This document shows, one piece after another, positions 18,074-28,063 of a DNA stretch of 64,000 nt. Every line of letters starts with the position of its first letter. Within the stretch, counting starts at the first letter, position 1. A model generated the notes under the pieces. That model did no database searches. It was not told the DNA's origin and saw only the letters and a program-made list of their open reading frames with translations. The stretch comes from a virus. Taxonomy: Duplodnaviria > Caudoviricetes. The stretch lies in the IMG/VR virus record IMGVR_UViG_3300031857_000007; one strand, given 5' to 3'. A program made the position numbers and the translations under genes.

Positions 18074-20260
18074 TCAAACCCTACCAGCAACTTCTTCAAA
18101 GCTGACACCAGTACGAGTAGCTACGAATGTCAATGTTACATAATTAATTGATTTGGTTGGCTTCAGGAATATATCTGCTCTAAATTCATTGTTATCAATA
18201 ACATCAGGAGTATTATTAGTTTCATCGCAGATAACCAAGAAGTCATAAAGACCTCTCTTTGCTTGAATATCACGTAAATATGGCTCAATGATATTGACAA
18301 AGTTTGCTCTAGTAATTTGATCGTTTAATTCAAACAACTGTGCTTGAGCAGCTCTTTCCAGTGCTTGTTCGATTGTGAGGAATAAACGACGAACGTTAAT
18401 TCTATCGAATGCAGAAGCATATGCAAGACCAGTTTTATCACCAAATAGAAGTGTTCCCACTCCTGGTTGAGTTACAATGGAGTTAACTCTTGCAGTATAG
18501 AGTTGATCTCTTTGTGATTTTGAAGGATTGTATGCAAGCTTGATTGCATTATTAAGAATTCCTCTTTGCTGTCCTGCAGGAGAGAACCAAGGATATGCAA
18601 CAATATTTGTTCTCATCATTAAACCAGCAATGTCAGCATTGCATGGTATGTATCTGAATAGATTGTTGAATCTGTCATAAGTATACTTATATCCACTGTC
18701 AAATACAGCATATGATGAAGAACTCAATGAACTAAAGAAATTAATGATATTATTTGTTTGTGTAGTTGTATTTGTCAAATCTACAACATTTGCTCTGTGT
18801 GGAGAAATGACTGCCATGCAATCTTTTCTCAATTCGGCAATTGCAATCAGTTTGTTTGCTTTTGCTTGAGACTCGAATTCTGAATCTAATCCAGGACCAC
18901 AAATTAGATAATCTACTGCAACTTGATCTTTATTTGAGAAAAGATCGTATGCGGTTGAAAGATCTCCTAGAGTTGTCTTAAGACCATTCAATGATGAATA
19001 ATCTTTACCGCCAATTAGAGTGTATGTTTTATTTCCAATTGCACTGAAAACAACTCCTTGTGCATTTGAACCCCAAAGACCTTGATTTGTGGTATATGGA
19101 GTAAATCCACTATAGAATCCAGTAGCTACTGGATTTGTTCCGTGGTATGCATCGTATGCGGAAGACGGATTTTTTCCAGCATAAACATAAGAAGAGAATC
19201 CGGCAAGATAATTCTTATACCAAATTTTTTGTGGGGAATTTACTTGCGAGACCGAATCAGCAGCTTTTGAAAGTCCAATATGCTTCTCTAGAATATTTCC
19301 TCTAACTCCAGTTATTGCTCCAGAATCGTCAACGACAACGATATGCATCGCGTCATTTTTTCCATTTCTTTCGAGAGAATAGTTATTTGATACTGGTTTT
19401 GGTGCAATAGAGGACCAATATACAGTACTATTTGTCAATCCAAGAGTTTGGTTATCGTACCAATCAGCAATTGAAGTTGCTGTGGATGATCCTGTAGTTA
19501 TTCCTGAATTATTGACAAAAGTAAGAGTGTCATTTGCTTCAAATGCAGACAGAGAATTTCCTCTGCTGTAGTTAATTAAAGATTCTGTACCTGCAGAAGA
19601 AACTCTAGAAACGATTTTTATATCGATAGTACTTGAACCATTGACGGCATCTGTACTTACACCAGTAATAATTGCTTTTAAATATCCATTAAATGACGAG
19701 GTTGATCCCGCACCAGCAACAATTGCATTGGTTATTGCAGTGGTAACACCATATCCAACAATAGCACCCAATGCTCCGGGATTTGTTGTTGCAATTCCGA
19801 TAGTTTGGTCTGCTTTGTCGTCAATAAAACAAACTTTTAAATCGTTCGCCCAAGTTCCAGCATTCTTAGAAGAAAATGTATATCCTACAGCATCTGAAGA
19901 GTGATTTGTGTTGTAGTCGTCAAAATTCTTTATATTTAAAGTAGTGGAATATGCAGAACCAACACCAGCATTTGCACAATTTAGTGTTGCACCATTAGTT
20001 CTAACTACTTTTAGAACACCACCATAAGAAAGATATGTAGAAGCACTCATCCAATATTCATATTGAGCATCTGTTGTCTTTGGTTTTCCAAAAACATTTA
20101 CTAACTCTTGCTCTGTGCTGATATCAATAGGTTGTTCTACTGGACCTTGAACGAAAGGACCCGCAATAGCTCCGATGTTATCTAAAACATTATCAGCTCT
20201 CCCAACTGTTAAATCAACTTCCCTCGTAAGTACACCGGGAGATAATTGAGGAGTCGCCAT
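18074..20260 (-). CDS. gp18: Tail sheath protein gp18
   Basis: SPGVLTREVDL, YPWFSPAG, LFGDKT, FDRINVRRLF, FRADIFLKP. Confidence 0.98.
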   Translation of the reverse strand: MATPQLSPGVLTREVDLTVGRADNVLDNIGAIAGPFVQGPVEQPIDISTEQELVNVFGKPKTTDAQYEYWMSASTYLSYGGVLKVVRTNGATLNCANAGVGSAYSTTLNIKNFDDYNTNHSSDAVGYTFSSKNAGTWANDLKVCFIDDKADQTIGIATTNPGALGAIVGYGVTTAITNAIVAGAGSTSSFNGYLKAIITGVSTDAVNGSSTIDIKIVSRVSSAGTESLINYSRGNSLSAFEANDTLTFVNNSGITTGSSTATSIADWYDNQTLGLTNSTVYWSSIAPKPVSNNYSLERNGKNDAMHIVVVDDSGAITGVRGNILEKHIGLSKAADSVSQVNSPQKIWYKNYLAGFSSYVYAGKNPSSAYDAYHGTNPVATGFYSGFTPYTTNQGLWGSNAQGVVFSAIGNKTYTLIGGKDYSSLNGLKTTLGDLSTAYDLFSNKDQVAVDYLICGPGLDSEFESQAKANKLIAIAELRKDCMAVISPHRANVVDLTNTTTQTNNIINFFSSLSSSSYAVFDSGYKYTYDRFNNLFRYIPCNADIAGLMMRTNIVAYPWFSPAGQQRGILNNAIKLAYNPSKSQRDQLYTARVNSIVTQPGVGTLLFGDKTGLAYASAFDRINVRRLFLTIEQALERAAQAQLFELNDQITRANFVNIIEPYLRDIQAKRGLYDFLVICDETNNTPDVIDNNEFRADIFLKPTKSINYVTLTFVATRTGVSFEEVAGRV

Positions 20261-20295
20261 GTTTTTCTCCGTAAAATCTCAGTTTATCTACAAAA

Positions 20296-20303
20296 TATTT
20301 ATT
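20296..20303 (-). promoter_or_regulatory. Late promoter variant AATAAATA for gp18-gp19
   Basis: Intergenic, upstream of gp18. Confidence 0.6.
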
Positions 20304-20344
20304 AAAAAGATACTTTACAAGGAAGAAAACGTGACGTGAACTAC

Positions 20345-20590
20345 TTACCAATCTGGATATTCATAAGTATCTGGAGAATATTTTTTCTTTTTAGAACTTA
20401 TAACCCTTTTAATTGAACATTCCTTGCATTCATAAGAATATGAAGATACCACAGGACCTTTATCTTTTCTTGTTCTGTAAAAATTTTCTATTAAATTTTT
20501 TATCTCTCCACATGTTCTGCATTTTCTATCAGTAAGCAATAAGTGACCTAATCTAATTTGCTTATCTAAATCCATTATAGGTATTCCCAC
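20345..20590 (-). CDS. Small CxxC...CxxC zinc-ribbon protein
   Basis: CRTC...YECKEC; overlaps the gp17 stop. Confidence 0.75.
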   Translation of the reverse strand: MGIPIMDLDKQIRLGHLLLTDRKCRTCGEIKNLIENFYRTRKDKGPVVSSYSYECKECSIKRVISSKKKKYSPDTYEYPDW

Positions 20591-22218
20591 ATATAAGATC
20601 TATCTCCATATTCATCAGTAAACCATCTATCGCCATCAACATCAACAAAACTTTCAGAATCTATTCCAGTAGAAACAAATCCAAATGGTGCCATATCTTG
20701 TTCTATTTGGTTTTTTTGTTCTTCGTAAAGCCTTTTTCGAACATCTTGATCTGTCAATTCTTTGAAATAGTCTTGTAAAACTAACCATGCATATATGACT
20801 AAACACATTGCCAAGTCGTCATTACATCCTTCCTCAGCTTCAAATGAATTATGTTTTTGAATAAAAGTTGTTAACTCGCTAATAATATCATAATCTTTTA
20901 TTAGTAGTTTATCTTCTTCTATAAGAGTCTTAAGATTTAAACAACCAACTTTTTTTACAGTCTTAGACATTTTGACTCCAAGTTGAGTCTTTTTACCGGA
21001 AAATCCTTGACCAACAATTTGACCAGCTCTTCCCCTCATGGAGCACATGAGAACATTTTGATATTCTAAATCATAGTTTAAAATTGAAGCTACTTGATCA
21101 CCAACGTCATTAACTTCACACAATATAAATGCCTTATTATAATTCTTGGCAATTTCATGTATAATGCTAGGAAATAACATTGGCTTTATTTCGTTGTTTT
21201 TATATTTTGCAACTACTTTATGCGGAAATGTTGTAATGTCAACGACAACGAAAGCGGAATAATCATTACCAACTCCTCTGGCAACGTCAACCGTTATCAA
21301 GTATTCATGATCTTCAATAACATCTTCGTATATATCTAAACCTGCACTTTTTGTAATAGCACTCTCATAAACCATATTTCTAAGTTTACTTGGTGCGATT
21401 AGAGTATCGACAGATCCTAGAAATTCGCATTCAAATTCAACTTTAAATTGTTGTTCTGAAGTGTTAGCAATTGTTTGTTGCTTCCATTTTTCATCCCTTC
21501 CGGGTACCTCAGACCAATGAACGTCGGTAGGAATGTATTCATTTTTCTTTCTTTCTGCATCATGCCAAATTTTATAAAAATGATTCATCCCGTGAGGGGT
21601 AGAAACAATAATTACTTTAGTATTCTTACCAGAAGAAATAGTAGGATAAACTGAACTGAAAAACTGATCAGCAATATGATTGGGAATAAAAGCAAATTCG
21701 TCGAGGAAGATAATGTTATATGATCCACCACGAACTGCGGATGCTGATGTAGAAGCAGCAATAATTTTTGATCCATTTTCTAACTCCAAAGACGCTTTGT
21801 TCCATGTCATAACACCCTGTTGTAACCACTTTGGGAGGTTCTCGTAAGCGGTCTGAAGGCGGTCTAAGAGATCTTTTGCGGTAGATGCCTTGTTAGCAAG
21901 TATTGCAATGTTAACGTTGTCATTGAAGATCGCATAATAAAGTAAATAAGATACAACAATCGTCGATTTTCCTGACTGACGAGGTAGTTTACATACATTA
22001 AATCTATAGTTGTGAAACCTCTCAATCATATTTTCTTGGAATGGATATGGCCTAAAGGGCTGCAATCCATGATCCAAAGTTACAATTTGAATATAATTCT
22101 TAGCAAAATATAATGGATCATTCTGACATCTAGCAAATTCTAAAACCTGATCTTCAGTAAATTCGACAATAGTATTTGCTTTTTTTAAAAGCGGATTGCC
22201 AAGATAATGTTCAGCCAT
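20575..22218 (-). CDS. gp17: Terminase large subunit gp17
   Basis: PRQSGKST, IIFLDEFAF, IIVSTPHG, nuclease TVDVARGVGNDYSA, NDDLAM. Confidence 0.98.
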   Translation of the reverse strand: MAEHYLGNPLLKKANTIVEFTEDQVLEFARCQNDPLYFAKNYIQIVTLDHGLQPFRPYPFQENMIERFHNYRFNVCKLPRQSGKSTIVVSYLLYYAIFNDNVNIAILANKASTAKDLLDRLQTAYENLPKWLQQGVMTWNKASLELENGSKIIAASTSASAVRGGSYNIIFLDEFAFIPNHIADQFFSSVYPTISSGKNTKVIIVSTPHGMNHFYKIWHDAERKKNEYIPTDVHWSEVPGRDEKWKQQTIANTSEQQFKVEFECEFLGSVDTLIAPSKLRNMVYESAITKSAGLDIYEDVIEDHEYLITVDVARGVGNDYSAFVVVDITTFPHKVVAKYKNNEIKPMLFPSIIHEIAKNYNKAFILCEVNDVGDQVASILNYDLEYQNVLMCSMRGRAGQIVGQGFSGKKTQLGVKMSKTVKKVGCLNLKTLIEEDKLLIKDYDIISELTTFIQKHNSFEAEEGCNDDLAMCLVIYAWLVLQDYFKELTDQDVRKRLYEEQKNQIEQDMAPFGFVSTGIDSESFVDVDGDRWFTDEYGDRSYMWEYL

Positions 22219-22233
22219 AATAAAACCTATTTT

Positions 22234-23982
22234 TTAATTACAATTCCAACGTCTTAATGCTTTATTGATTCTTGAATCTGGATCTCTTGAAGTTTCTGCA
22301 GAAGTTAATTTTGACTTCATACCCTTCATTCTGCGGCAAAAAGACTTACGACGATCAGCTCTTTTTCCTGTGGGATTTTTTTCAGTTACTGCAGTTTGTA
22401 ACTTTGAACCTGGATTTTCTTTGCGATATGCATTGACTGCTTTTTGACTTAAACCGTCAGTTTTATCTTTACGGTTGACTGATTGCCAATCTTCTCCAAG
22501 TTCAACTTCTTCCCCCATAGGTTTTACATAATTTTTATTTGGACCTAATTTTGCATAACTTGCCCCATTTGGTGCAATTGTTTGTATTAGGGGTTGATTT
22601 GAAGAGATTTCAGAAACCGAATAATAAAGTATAGAAGAACCCGGATATATCTTTTGAAGCTCGATATTTATTTCTTTTCTCGTTGGTAATTTTATTTGTG
22701 GAAAAAATATTTTTATAGAATAATATTTTCCTCTCCAAGTAAGAGTAACTTCAACAACATTTCCTGATTGTGGTGCCAATCTTGTAGCTTCCTCTAATTT
22801 ATTTTCATCGGAAACAATAGGATCTGGAGTTATTAAATCTATAATCTCAGCAAATGTATTTCCATCAGCATCTTCAATTGTTACGTTTTCTTTTTTGACG
22901 CATTTATTATATTTTTTGCCAAATAGTTTTTGAGTTCCTTTCTTTTCATATCCAGACCAACATTTCATTTCATCGAGTATTTTATTTACCAGTGTTTGTT
23001 CTTCCATTTCTCCGCTGGCAACATAATCTGCTGCAGTATCAATATAATCTGCTGCTTTTGTAATCTTGGACTGTACCCATGCTTCAAGATTTCCTTCACC
23101 TTTTCCCACTTTTGCATTTAGTCTCTTTGCTGCATTCATAAGTGTTTCAAGTTCTGATCTAACCATTGAATATTCTTCATCTTTAACAGAAACTTTGTCC
23201 CATGCTTTTTCTCCATAAGAGCATTCGGATCTTGTTTCTCTTTTATTGCACAGAGGACAATATCTTTCTTCTTCTTGCATGGTTTCTTCCGATTTAGTTC
23301 CCCAGTTTGAAGCGCCAACTTTACGACATTTGACAAGTGCTCCAGATGCATATGCACTTGGCCAAACGTCATAACGTGACTTTACTTTATGATAACAAGC
23401 ATCCTTTTTGCCACTACCTTTGCTTGGTTTATCTTTTACTTCTTGTAAGTTCATTTCTTCGGTTTTGACATTGGTTGGTTTAGATCCGCCAGTTTTTTCT
23501 GGCTGATTAGGATCTAGTCTATTCTTTCTTCTTCTTGCTGCTTCTTCTTCATCCTTAGAAAGTGCTCTTTTCATTTTAGAACTACCACACTTTGGTGTAG
23601 AAGTTTGTCCTGGTTGACGAGCGCATGGTTTTCCTGCCCATTTTCCACCAAGTTGAACCCACCCACTTTTTCCATCTGAAGATTTTGATTTATTAAACCA
23701 ATCATGAAGACCATCATCACCGGATTTAGTTTCTTCTTTTACATCTTTAAACTTTTTGTGGTGTTTCTTGGCATCCGCTTCCATTTTTTTCAAACGAGTG
23801 TAATAATCTGGAATTTCATCAAGATGTTGCAAAGCAATATCTCTTGCAAGATCATGGTCTTTTGTATGCTCATGCTCAATAGGCTCTCCCATTTTCAATT
23901 GCTTTTCTATAAAACTTACATCTAACCGATGTTTCTTAGCAATCTGTTCAACTGTTTTATGGGACTTTAATTTAGTAGGCAT
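22234..23982 (-). CDS. Multi-module basic protein (DUF5661-like N-terminus, DUF6321-like C-terminus); putative internal virion protein
   Basis: A string of 30-90 aa Lys/Arg/Cys/His-rich modules joined at Glu-Glu junctions; perfect late promoter upstream. Domain names are from memory. Confidence 0.7.
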   Translation of the reverse strand: MPTKLKSHKTVEQIAKKHRLDVSFIEKQLKMGEPIEHEHTKDHDLARDIALQHLDEIPDYYTRLKKMEADAKKHHKKFKDVKEETKSGDDGLHDWFNKSKSSDGKSGWVQLGGKWAGKPCARQPGQTSTPKCGSSKMKRALSKDEEEAARRRKNRLDPNQPEKTGGSKPTNVKTEEMNLQEVKDKPSKGSGKKDACYHKVKSRYDVWPSAYASGALVKCRKVGASNWGTKSEETMQEEERYCPLCNKRETRSECSYGEKAWDKVSVKDEEYSMVRSELETLMNAAKRLNAKVGKGEGNLEAWVQSKITKAADYIDTAADYVASGEMEEQTLVNKILDEMKCWSGYEKKGTQKLFGKKYNKCVKKENVTIEDADGNTFAEIIDLITPDPIVSDENKLEEATRLAPQSGNVVEVTLTWRGKYYSIKIFFPQIKLPTRKEINIELQKIYPGSSILYYSVSEISSNQPLIQTIAPNGASYAKLGPNKNYVKPMGEEVELGEDWQSVNRKDKTDGLSQKAVNAYRKENPGSKLQTAVTEKNPTGKRADRRKSFCRRMKGMKSKLTSAETSRDPDSRINKALRRWNCN

Positions 23983-24003
23983 TTAAACAAAATCGACCAT
24001 TAT

Positions 24004-24011
24004 TATTTATA
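24004..24011 (-). promoter_or_regulatory. Late promoter TATAAATA
   Basis: Exact consensus 22 bp upstream of the ATG at 23982. Confidence 0.85.
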
Positions 24012-24023
24012 GATAGATCTTAC

Positions 24024-24836
24024 TTAACGCCAAAATTCATATCCTTTATATTTGCTTAAAATATATGGAGATAAAATAGATTTTGGATCTACTGACTTTT
24101 TTTCTAATTTTTTTCTAACATCATGTAAACCTTCTATGCCGTAAATCAAATCATTTGGTTTATTTTTTTGACGTATATTATTAAAGTCATGTTTAAAGTA
24201 TTCTAATCCCAAAAAATCATATACACCTTTTATAGTAGATTCTGGATCGCTAGTTAAATCGTTGTATTCTATCAAATGAAATTTATTTTTATTTTCCGGA
24301 AGCAAAGATTGACTCAAAGAAAATAATTCTTGATCCATTGGATTTTTTGGAGACATTAAAAAATCACATCTAACATCATCTACCGGTCTATAAAAAAACA
24401 TTTCTGCTTTAGAAATGTCTCTGTCAATTACTGATTGTAAACTTGGATTTTTGTGTACTAAACTAATGAAAGAAGATAAGATTTCTAATATATCCCTTAC
24501 TGGACATAAAATTTTCACATCTTCAGTAATAAACCTTTCAATCATTTGCAAATTAAAAGGTGTTCCCCAAGATCTTTGCTTATCAATAATATATTTTTTG
24601 TCAATATGAGAATAATAATTTTCTATAATAGAGGAACATACCTTTTTATATCCTAAAAAATTTTCATCGGCAGCATATTGCTCAGAAGATTCGAATGTTT
24701 TGTGAGTATTAAACATTAAATCACAAACAGGAGAGTCATTGCTCGCATAAATGTTTGGATTCTGATTTAAAATTGCAGCAAGAAGTGTTGATCCACTCCT
24801 TGGCAATCCTGCCATAAAAAAATAAGTTTTCTTCAT
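24024..24836 (-). CDS. PAPS-dependent sulfotransferase
   Basis: 5'-PSB loop FMAGLPRSGSTLL, IDK, 3'-PB VRDILEILSS, and YNDLTSDPESTIKGVYDFLGL. Confidence 0.88.
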   Translation of the reverse strand: MKKTYFFMAGLPRSGSTLLAAILNQNPNIYASNDSPVCDLMFNTHKTFESSEQYAADENFLGYKKVCSSIIENYYSHIDKKYIIDKQRSWGTPFNLQMIERFITEDVKILCPVRDILEILSSFISLVHKNPSLQSVIDRDISKAEMFFYRPVDDVRCDFLMSPKNPMDQELFSLSQSLLPENKNKFHLIEYNDLTSDPESTIKGVYDFLGLEYFKHDFNNIRQKNKPNDLIYGIEGLHDVRKKLEKKSVDPKSILSPYILSKYKGYEFWR

Positions 24837-24862
24837 AATTTCAATAATATAGAAATTGTAGT

Positions 24863-25081
24863 TTATTTTTTAGAATTTTCTTGAGTATTAGTTGCTTCCT
24901 TTGCATCTCCAGAGCCAGAGGTATCTTGAACAAGCATACTCAAAACGTCTCTAGATCCTAAAAGACGTACAAACCTTTCTTTTAGTGAAGATAGTTTCTG
25001 CTCTTCTAAAGTGATTTCTTTTTGAAGTTCTTCTAGTTGTTGTTGAACAGTATCAAAAAGTTGTTGATGATTTTGTTCCAT
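24863..25081 (-). CDS. Small coiled-coil hypothetical protein (72 aa)
   Basis: Heptad pattern LFDTVQQQLEELQKEITLEEQKLSSLKERF; late-promoter variant upstream. Confidence 0.7.
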   Translation of the reverse strand: MEQNHQQLFDTVQQQLEELQKEITLEEQKLSSLKERFVRLLGSRDVLSMLVQDTSGSGDAKEATNTQENSKK

Positions 25082-25121
25082 GTCGTTTACCTATTAATTA
25101 ATAATAATTAAAATTCAATAC

Positions 25122-25129
25122 TATTTATC
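25122..25129 (-). promoter_or_regulatory. Late promoter variant GATAAATA for the coiled-coil ORF and sulfotransferase
   Basis: TAAATA core at the stop of the upstream ORF. Confidence 0.55.
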
Positions 25130-25562
25130 AGTCTTCTATAGCATCCTTATAATATTCTGTAGTTTTCAGGTGATTATATGCCTGGGTTAAAATAGAATCG
25201 GGACTATCCGGATCTATGAAGAATAAAACCTTAAAGTCTTTGCCAGACGTTGCAAATTGACAATCAACGTTCACTTCAGTTGGTGAAGTTGCCAAGGCTC
25301 CTATTGGTTTTTTTCCATCAGTTCTTGCTTGCTTTGAAGAATAAACCTCAATTGCAATTCTTCCAATGTATCCAGATTTCCAATAAACAAATTGAGATTC
25401 ATCCGTATCGTCTCTAACACTCAGACCACTTGGTTGGGTGGGATCTGGTGGTGGTAAAATATCACTAAGTCTTTTTTCTGTGGCAACATTTACTATAATA
25501 TGATATGCATCATTTACAACAAGTCCACTTCCAGGAATTTCAAAGTCTCTAATCAATGCCAT
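25128..25562 (-). CDS. Fibre-associated hypothetical protein (144 aa)
   Basis: Directly follows the S74 fibre gene; MAL...DAYH...QAYNHLK pattern seen next to phage fibre genes. Confidence 0.65.
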   Translation of the reverse strand: MALIRDFEIPGSGLVVNDAYHIIVNVATEKRLSDILPPPDPTQPSGLSVRDDTDESQFVYWKSGYIGRIAIEVYSSKQARTDGKKPIGALATSPTEVNVDCQFATSGKDFKVLFFIDPDSPDSILTQAYNHLKTTEYYKDAIED

Positions 25563-25566
25563 TTTA

Positions 25567-28014
25567 TTATTCTCCTAGTTTGCTTTTTAAAATTTCAATT
25601 TCTTCCTTCAATGTATTTATTATTTCAGTCTGTTCTTTAAATGCTTCTATGAATAGACCTGCAAAGTTTCCATAAGAAACGCCATATTCGTCAATATCTT
25701 TTGCATGAGTTACTACTTCGGGAAGAACCATTTCAACTTCTTGTGCAATAACTCCAATTTGACGTGTTTTTGTTTCATCGTCGATTTTATTATAAAATAC
25801 ACCTCTTAATTTGGATATAGTGTCTAATGCATTATCAACAGTAACTATATTTTCTTTCTTTCTTACATCAGAATATGCAACAATATTTGCTGTTGAATAA
25901 ATTCCTTTATCTACATATAATCCATATGAAGATGAAGTTGTGGAAGTATTGATTCCCATACAAACATTGGATAGGAGGTAATATGCATACCATCTCCCAC
26001 TTCCTTCTCTATACCAACCACCATTTCCACCACTATCCCACATATCAGCAACGCCACCATGGCTATACCAAATACCGGTATATCCATTCCTATTTCCGTC
26101 AACTCTCCATGCGGCATAACTACTACCAGTGTTGGGATAAATGTGAGCACTATTGGTATCCGAATAAAATCCAGTAGTATTGGTATACAACCAATTATAC
26201 TTGTACATGTAGTTTGAACCCCCATTAATTTGGAAGACCAAAGTATCATCATTATAATCTCTCTTAAACCTTATGCCATCATATCCAGAGTTTGCTGCCA
26301 TAGTAACTCCAGTATGATACTGGACTATGAGATCTGGATATGGATATGACCATCCACCAGTTTCTTGGAATCCAAGACTATATGGATATGAAGATCTTGT
26401 CCACCCACTGTTACCACCAGGCACATAAGGTGTTATTGGCCCAGTATTGACAATTTGATAATTTTGAAGTTGAAGTTCTCTTGTATAAAGAGTTTTGTAA
26501 ATTTCTGCTGATGATGTTGTTGTTCTGTAAGACCAGTTACCGGCAGAATCTAATAAACCAAAACCACTAGTGTCATGATAGACATAACCATAAATTGTGC
26601 TTCCATATCCAGCTCTAAATCTAATACCACCAGTAGTACTGCTACTAGTTGCGCTGTTCCAATAATTTGCAGAATCTGAATACCAATGAAGGGCAGTTGC
26701 TTGATTATATAATCCTTCACCTGAATCATTATTTCGGAACCAACCATTATTATAAATGTCATTACCAGTTCCACTTGATGCTGCAATAGCGTATGATGTA
26801 TAATTTGAAGAATCTAGGACAGCTCTCCAAGATTGCCAAGTTCCATTATTTTTTCCTCGTATTGCAATTTGACCAGTTCTATAGTCTCCATAAATTTGAT
26901 GAATCCAGTTCGAACTATATGCCTGTGAGTATAGTGCTCCATCAGTTTGGCTGTATAGTGAAATATTGGTATTGACGTAAGCAAGACCATTATTTGTTAC
27001 ACTATCTGCTGCTACTGGATTTGAACTGTTAGAATTTGTAAATCCAGATAAGTTGGAAGCAGTTGTTGCAGTTGTTGAGTTTCCACTTAAAGTAGCTGTA
27101 ATTGTTCCTGCACTAAAATTCCCAGATCCATCACGCTGAACAACAAAATTTGCAGTATTTGCACTAGTTGCATTGATACCAATAGTAACTGCTGACGAAT
27201 TATTATATGAAGTTCCAGTTAATGGTGAAGATATTGTTAAAGTATTTGCTAGCGGCCTTTGCCATACTCCAGAATCATTCCAAAGTAGTAAATCACTAGC
27301 AACGTTCCAAGATGAAGTTCCATTATTTGACGCATACCATTTTACGCCACTACCTGGACTTAATGCAAATAATTGGTTATCATTATCTCCGGAAGGAGCA
27401 GATTGTACCCAAGAACCATCCTGATAATAAGTATTGGAGCTTAAATATATTTCTCCATTCCAAGCAAGAACTCCAAATGAAGATTGTGATGGCTTTTTAA
27501 TTAAAAGTTGAGAATCATTATCTCCAACAGTACCATTAACAACTAATGGTGAAGATCCCAAAGCAGTTCCGTTACCAGCAACTAAAACTGCAGCAGTAGT
27601 TATTCCTGAAGAGTTTATGTTGGAAAATACACCATTTGTACTTGATAAGTTTGAAATGGTGGTTATTCCAGAAGTAAATAAACTATTACCCAAAACATGA
27701 AGTTTTGAGGTTGCTCTAGTGTGACCTATTGCTACATTCGAACTATATGCACCAAGACTTACATTTCCATTTGCATTTACATCAATACTGGGAATACCGG
27801 AAACATCATTTACAGAAAAAATGCTTCCTGCGGTAAGGTTGTTACTTATAGAAAATAATTGACCAGCAGATCCTTCAAAACTTAAAGTTCCGTATGAATC
27901 GTCTAAGACTTTAAGAGAAATTGTAGTATTGCCAAATCCAGTAAAATCAATTTCTGGTTGAGCAGATTGATTTTTATTCGGAGTTATGACTATATTTTTA
28001 TCAGAATTAGCCAT
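25567..28014 (-). CDS. Tail fibre / receptor-binding protein with C-terminal peptidase S74 intramolecular chaperone
   Basis: G/S/T/N/Y/W-rich body; C-terminus YSDVRKKENI...ALDTISKLRGVFY...IGVIAQEVE..LPEVV...VSYG...IEAFKE followed by a coiled coil. Confidence 0.9.
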   Translation of the reverse strand: MANSDKNIVITPNKNQSAQPEIDFTGFGNTTISLKVLDDSYGTLSFEGSAGQLFSISNNLTAGSIFSVNDVSGIPSIDVNANGNVSLGAYSSNVAIGHTRATSKLHVLGNSLFTSGITTISNLSSTNGVFSNINSSGITTAAVLVAGNGTALGSSPLVVNGTVGDNDSQLLIKKPSQSSFGVLAWNGEIYLSSNTYYQDGSWVQSAPSGDNDNQLFALSPGSGVKWYASNNGTSSWNVASDLLLWNDSGVWQRPLANTLTISSPLTGTSYNNSSAVTIGINATSANTANFVVQRDGSGNFSAGTITATLSGNSTTATTASNLSGFTNSNSSNPVAADSVTNNGLAYVNTNISLYSQTDGALYSQAYSSNWIHQIYGDYRTGQIAIRGKNNGTWQSWRAVLDSSNYTSYAIAASSGTGNDIYNNGWFRNNDSGEGLYNQATALHWYSDSANYWNSATSSSTTGGIRFRAGYGSTIYGYVYHDTSGFGLLDSAGNWSYRTTTSSAEIYKTLYTRELQLQNYQIVNTGPITPYVPGGNSGWTRSSYPYSLGFQETGGWSYPYPDLIVQYHTGVTMAANSGYDGIRFKRDYNDDTLVFQINGGSNYMYKYNWLYTNTTGFYSDTNSAHIYPNTGSSYAAWRVDGNRNGYTGIWYSHGGVADMWDSGGNGGWYREGSGRWYAYYLLSNVCMGINTSTTSSSYGLYVDKGIYSTANIVAYSDVRKKENIVTVDNALDTISKLRGVFYNKIDDETKTRQIGVIAQEVEMVLPEVVTHAKDIDEYGVSYGNFAGLFIEAFKEQTEIINTLKEEIEILKSKLGE

Positions 28015-28035
28015 TTTTTAATACTTTCCTAAATT

Positions 28036-28043
28036 TATTTATG
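28036..28043 (-). promoter_or_regulatory. Late promoter variant CATAAATA
   Basis: Intergenic, 22 bp upstream of the ATG at 28014. Confidence 0.55.
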
Positions 28044-28063
28044 GATTGTGTTTGATGCTGGAA

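Noticed and set aside
5017-22218. Inteins, introns or homing endonucleases in gp46, uvsW, gp20, gp23 or gp17
   Set aside because: Lengths are normal, motifs are contiguous and no splicing or LAGLIDADG/HNH/GIY-YIG motifs were seen.
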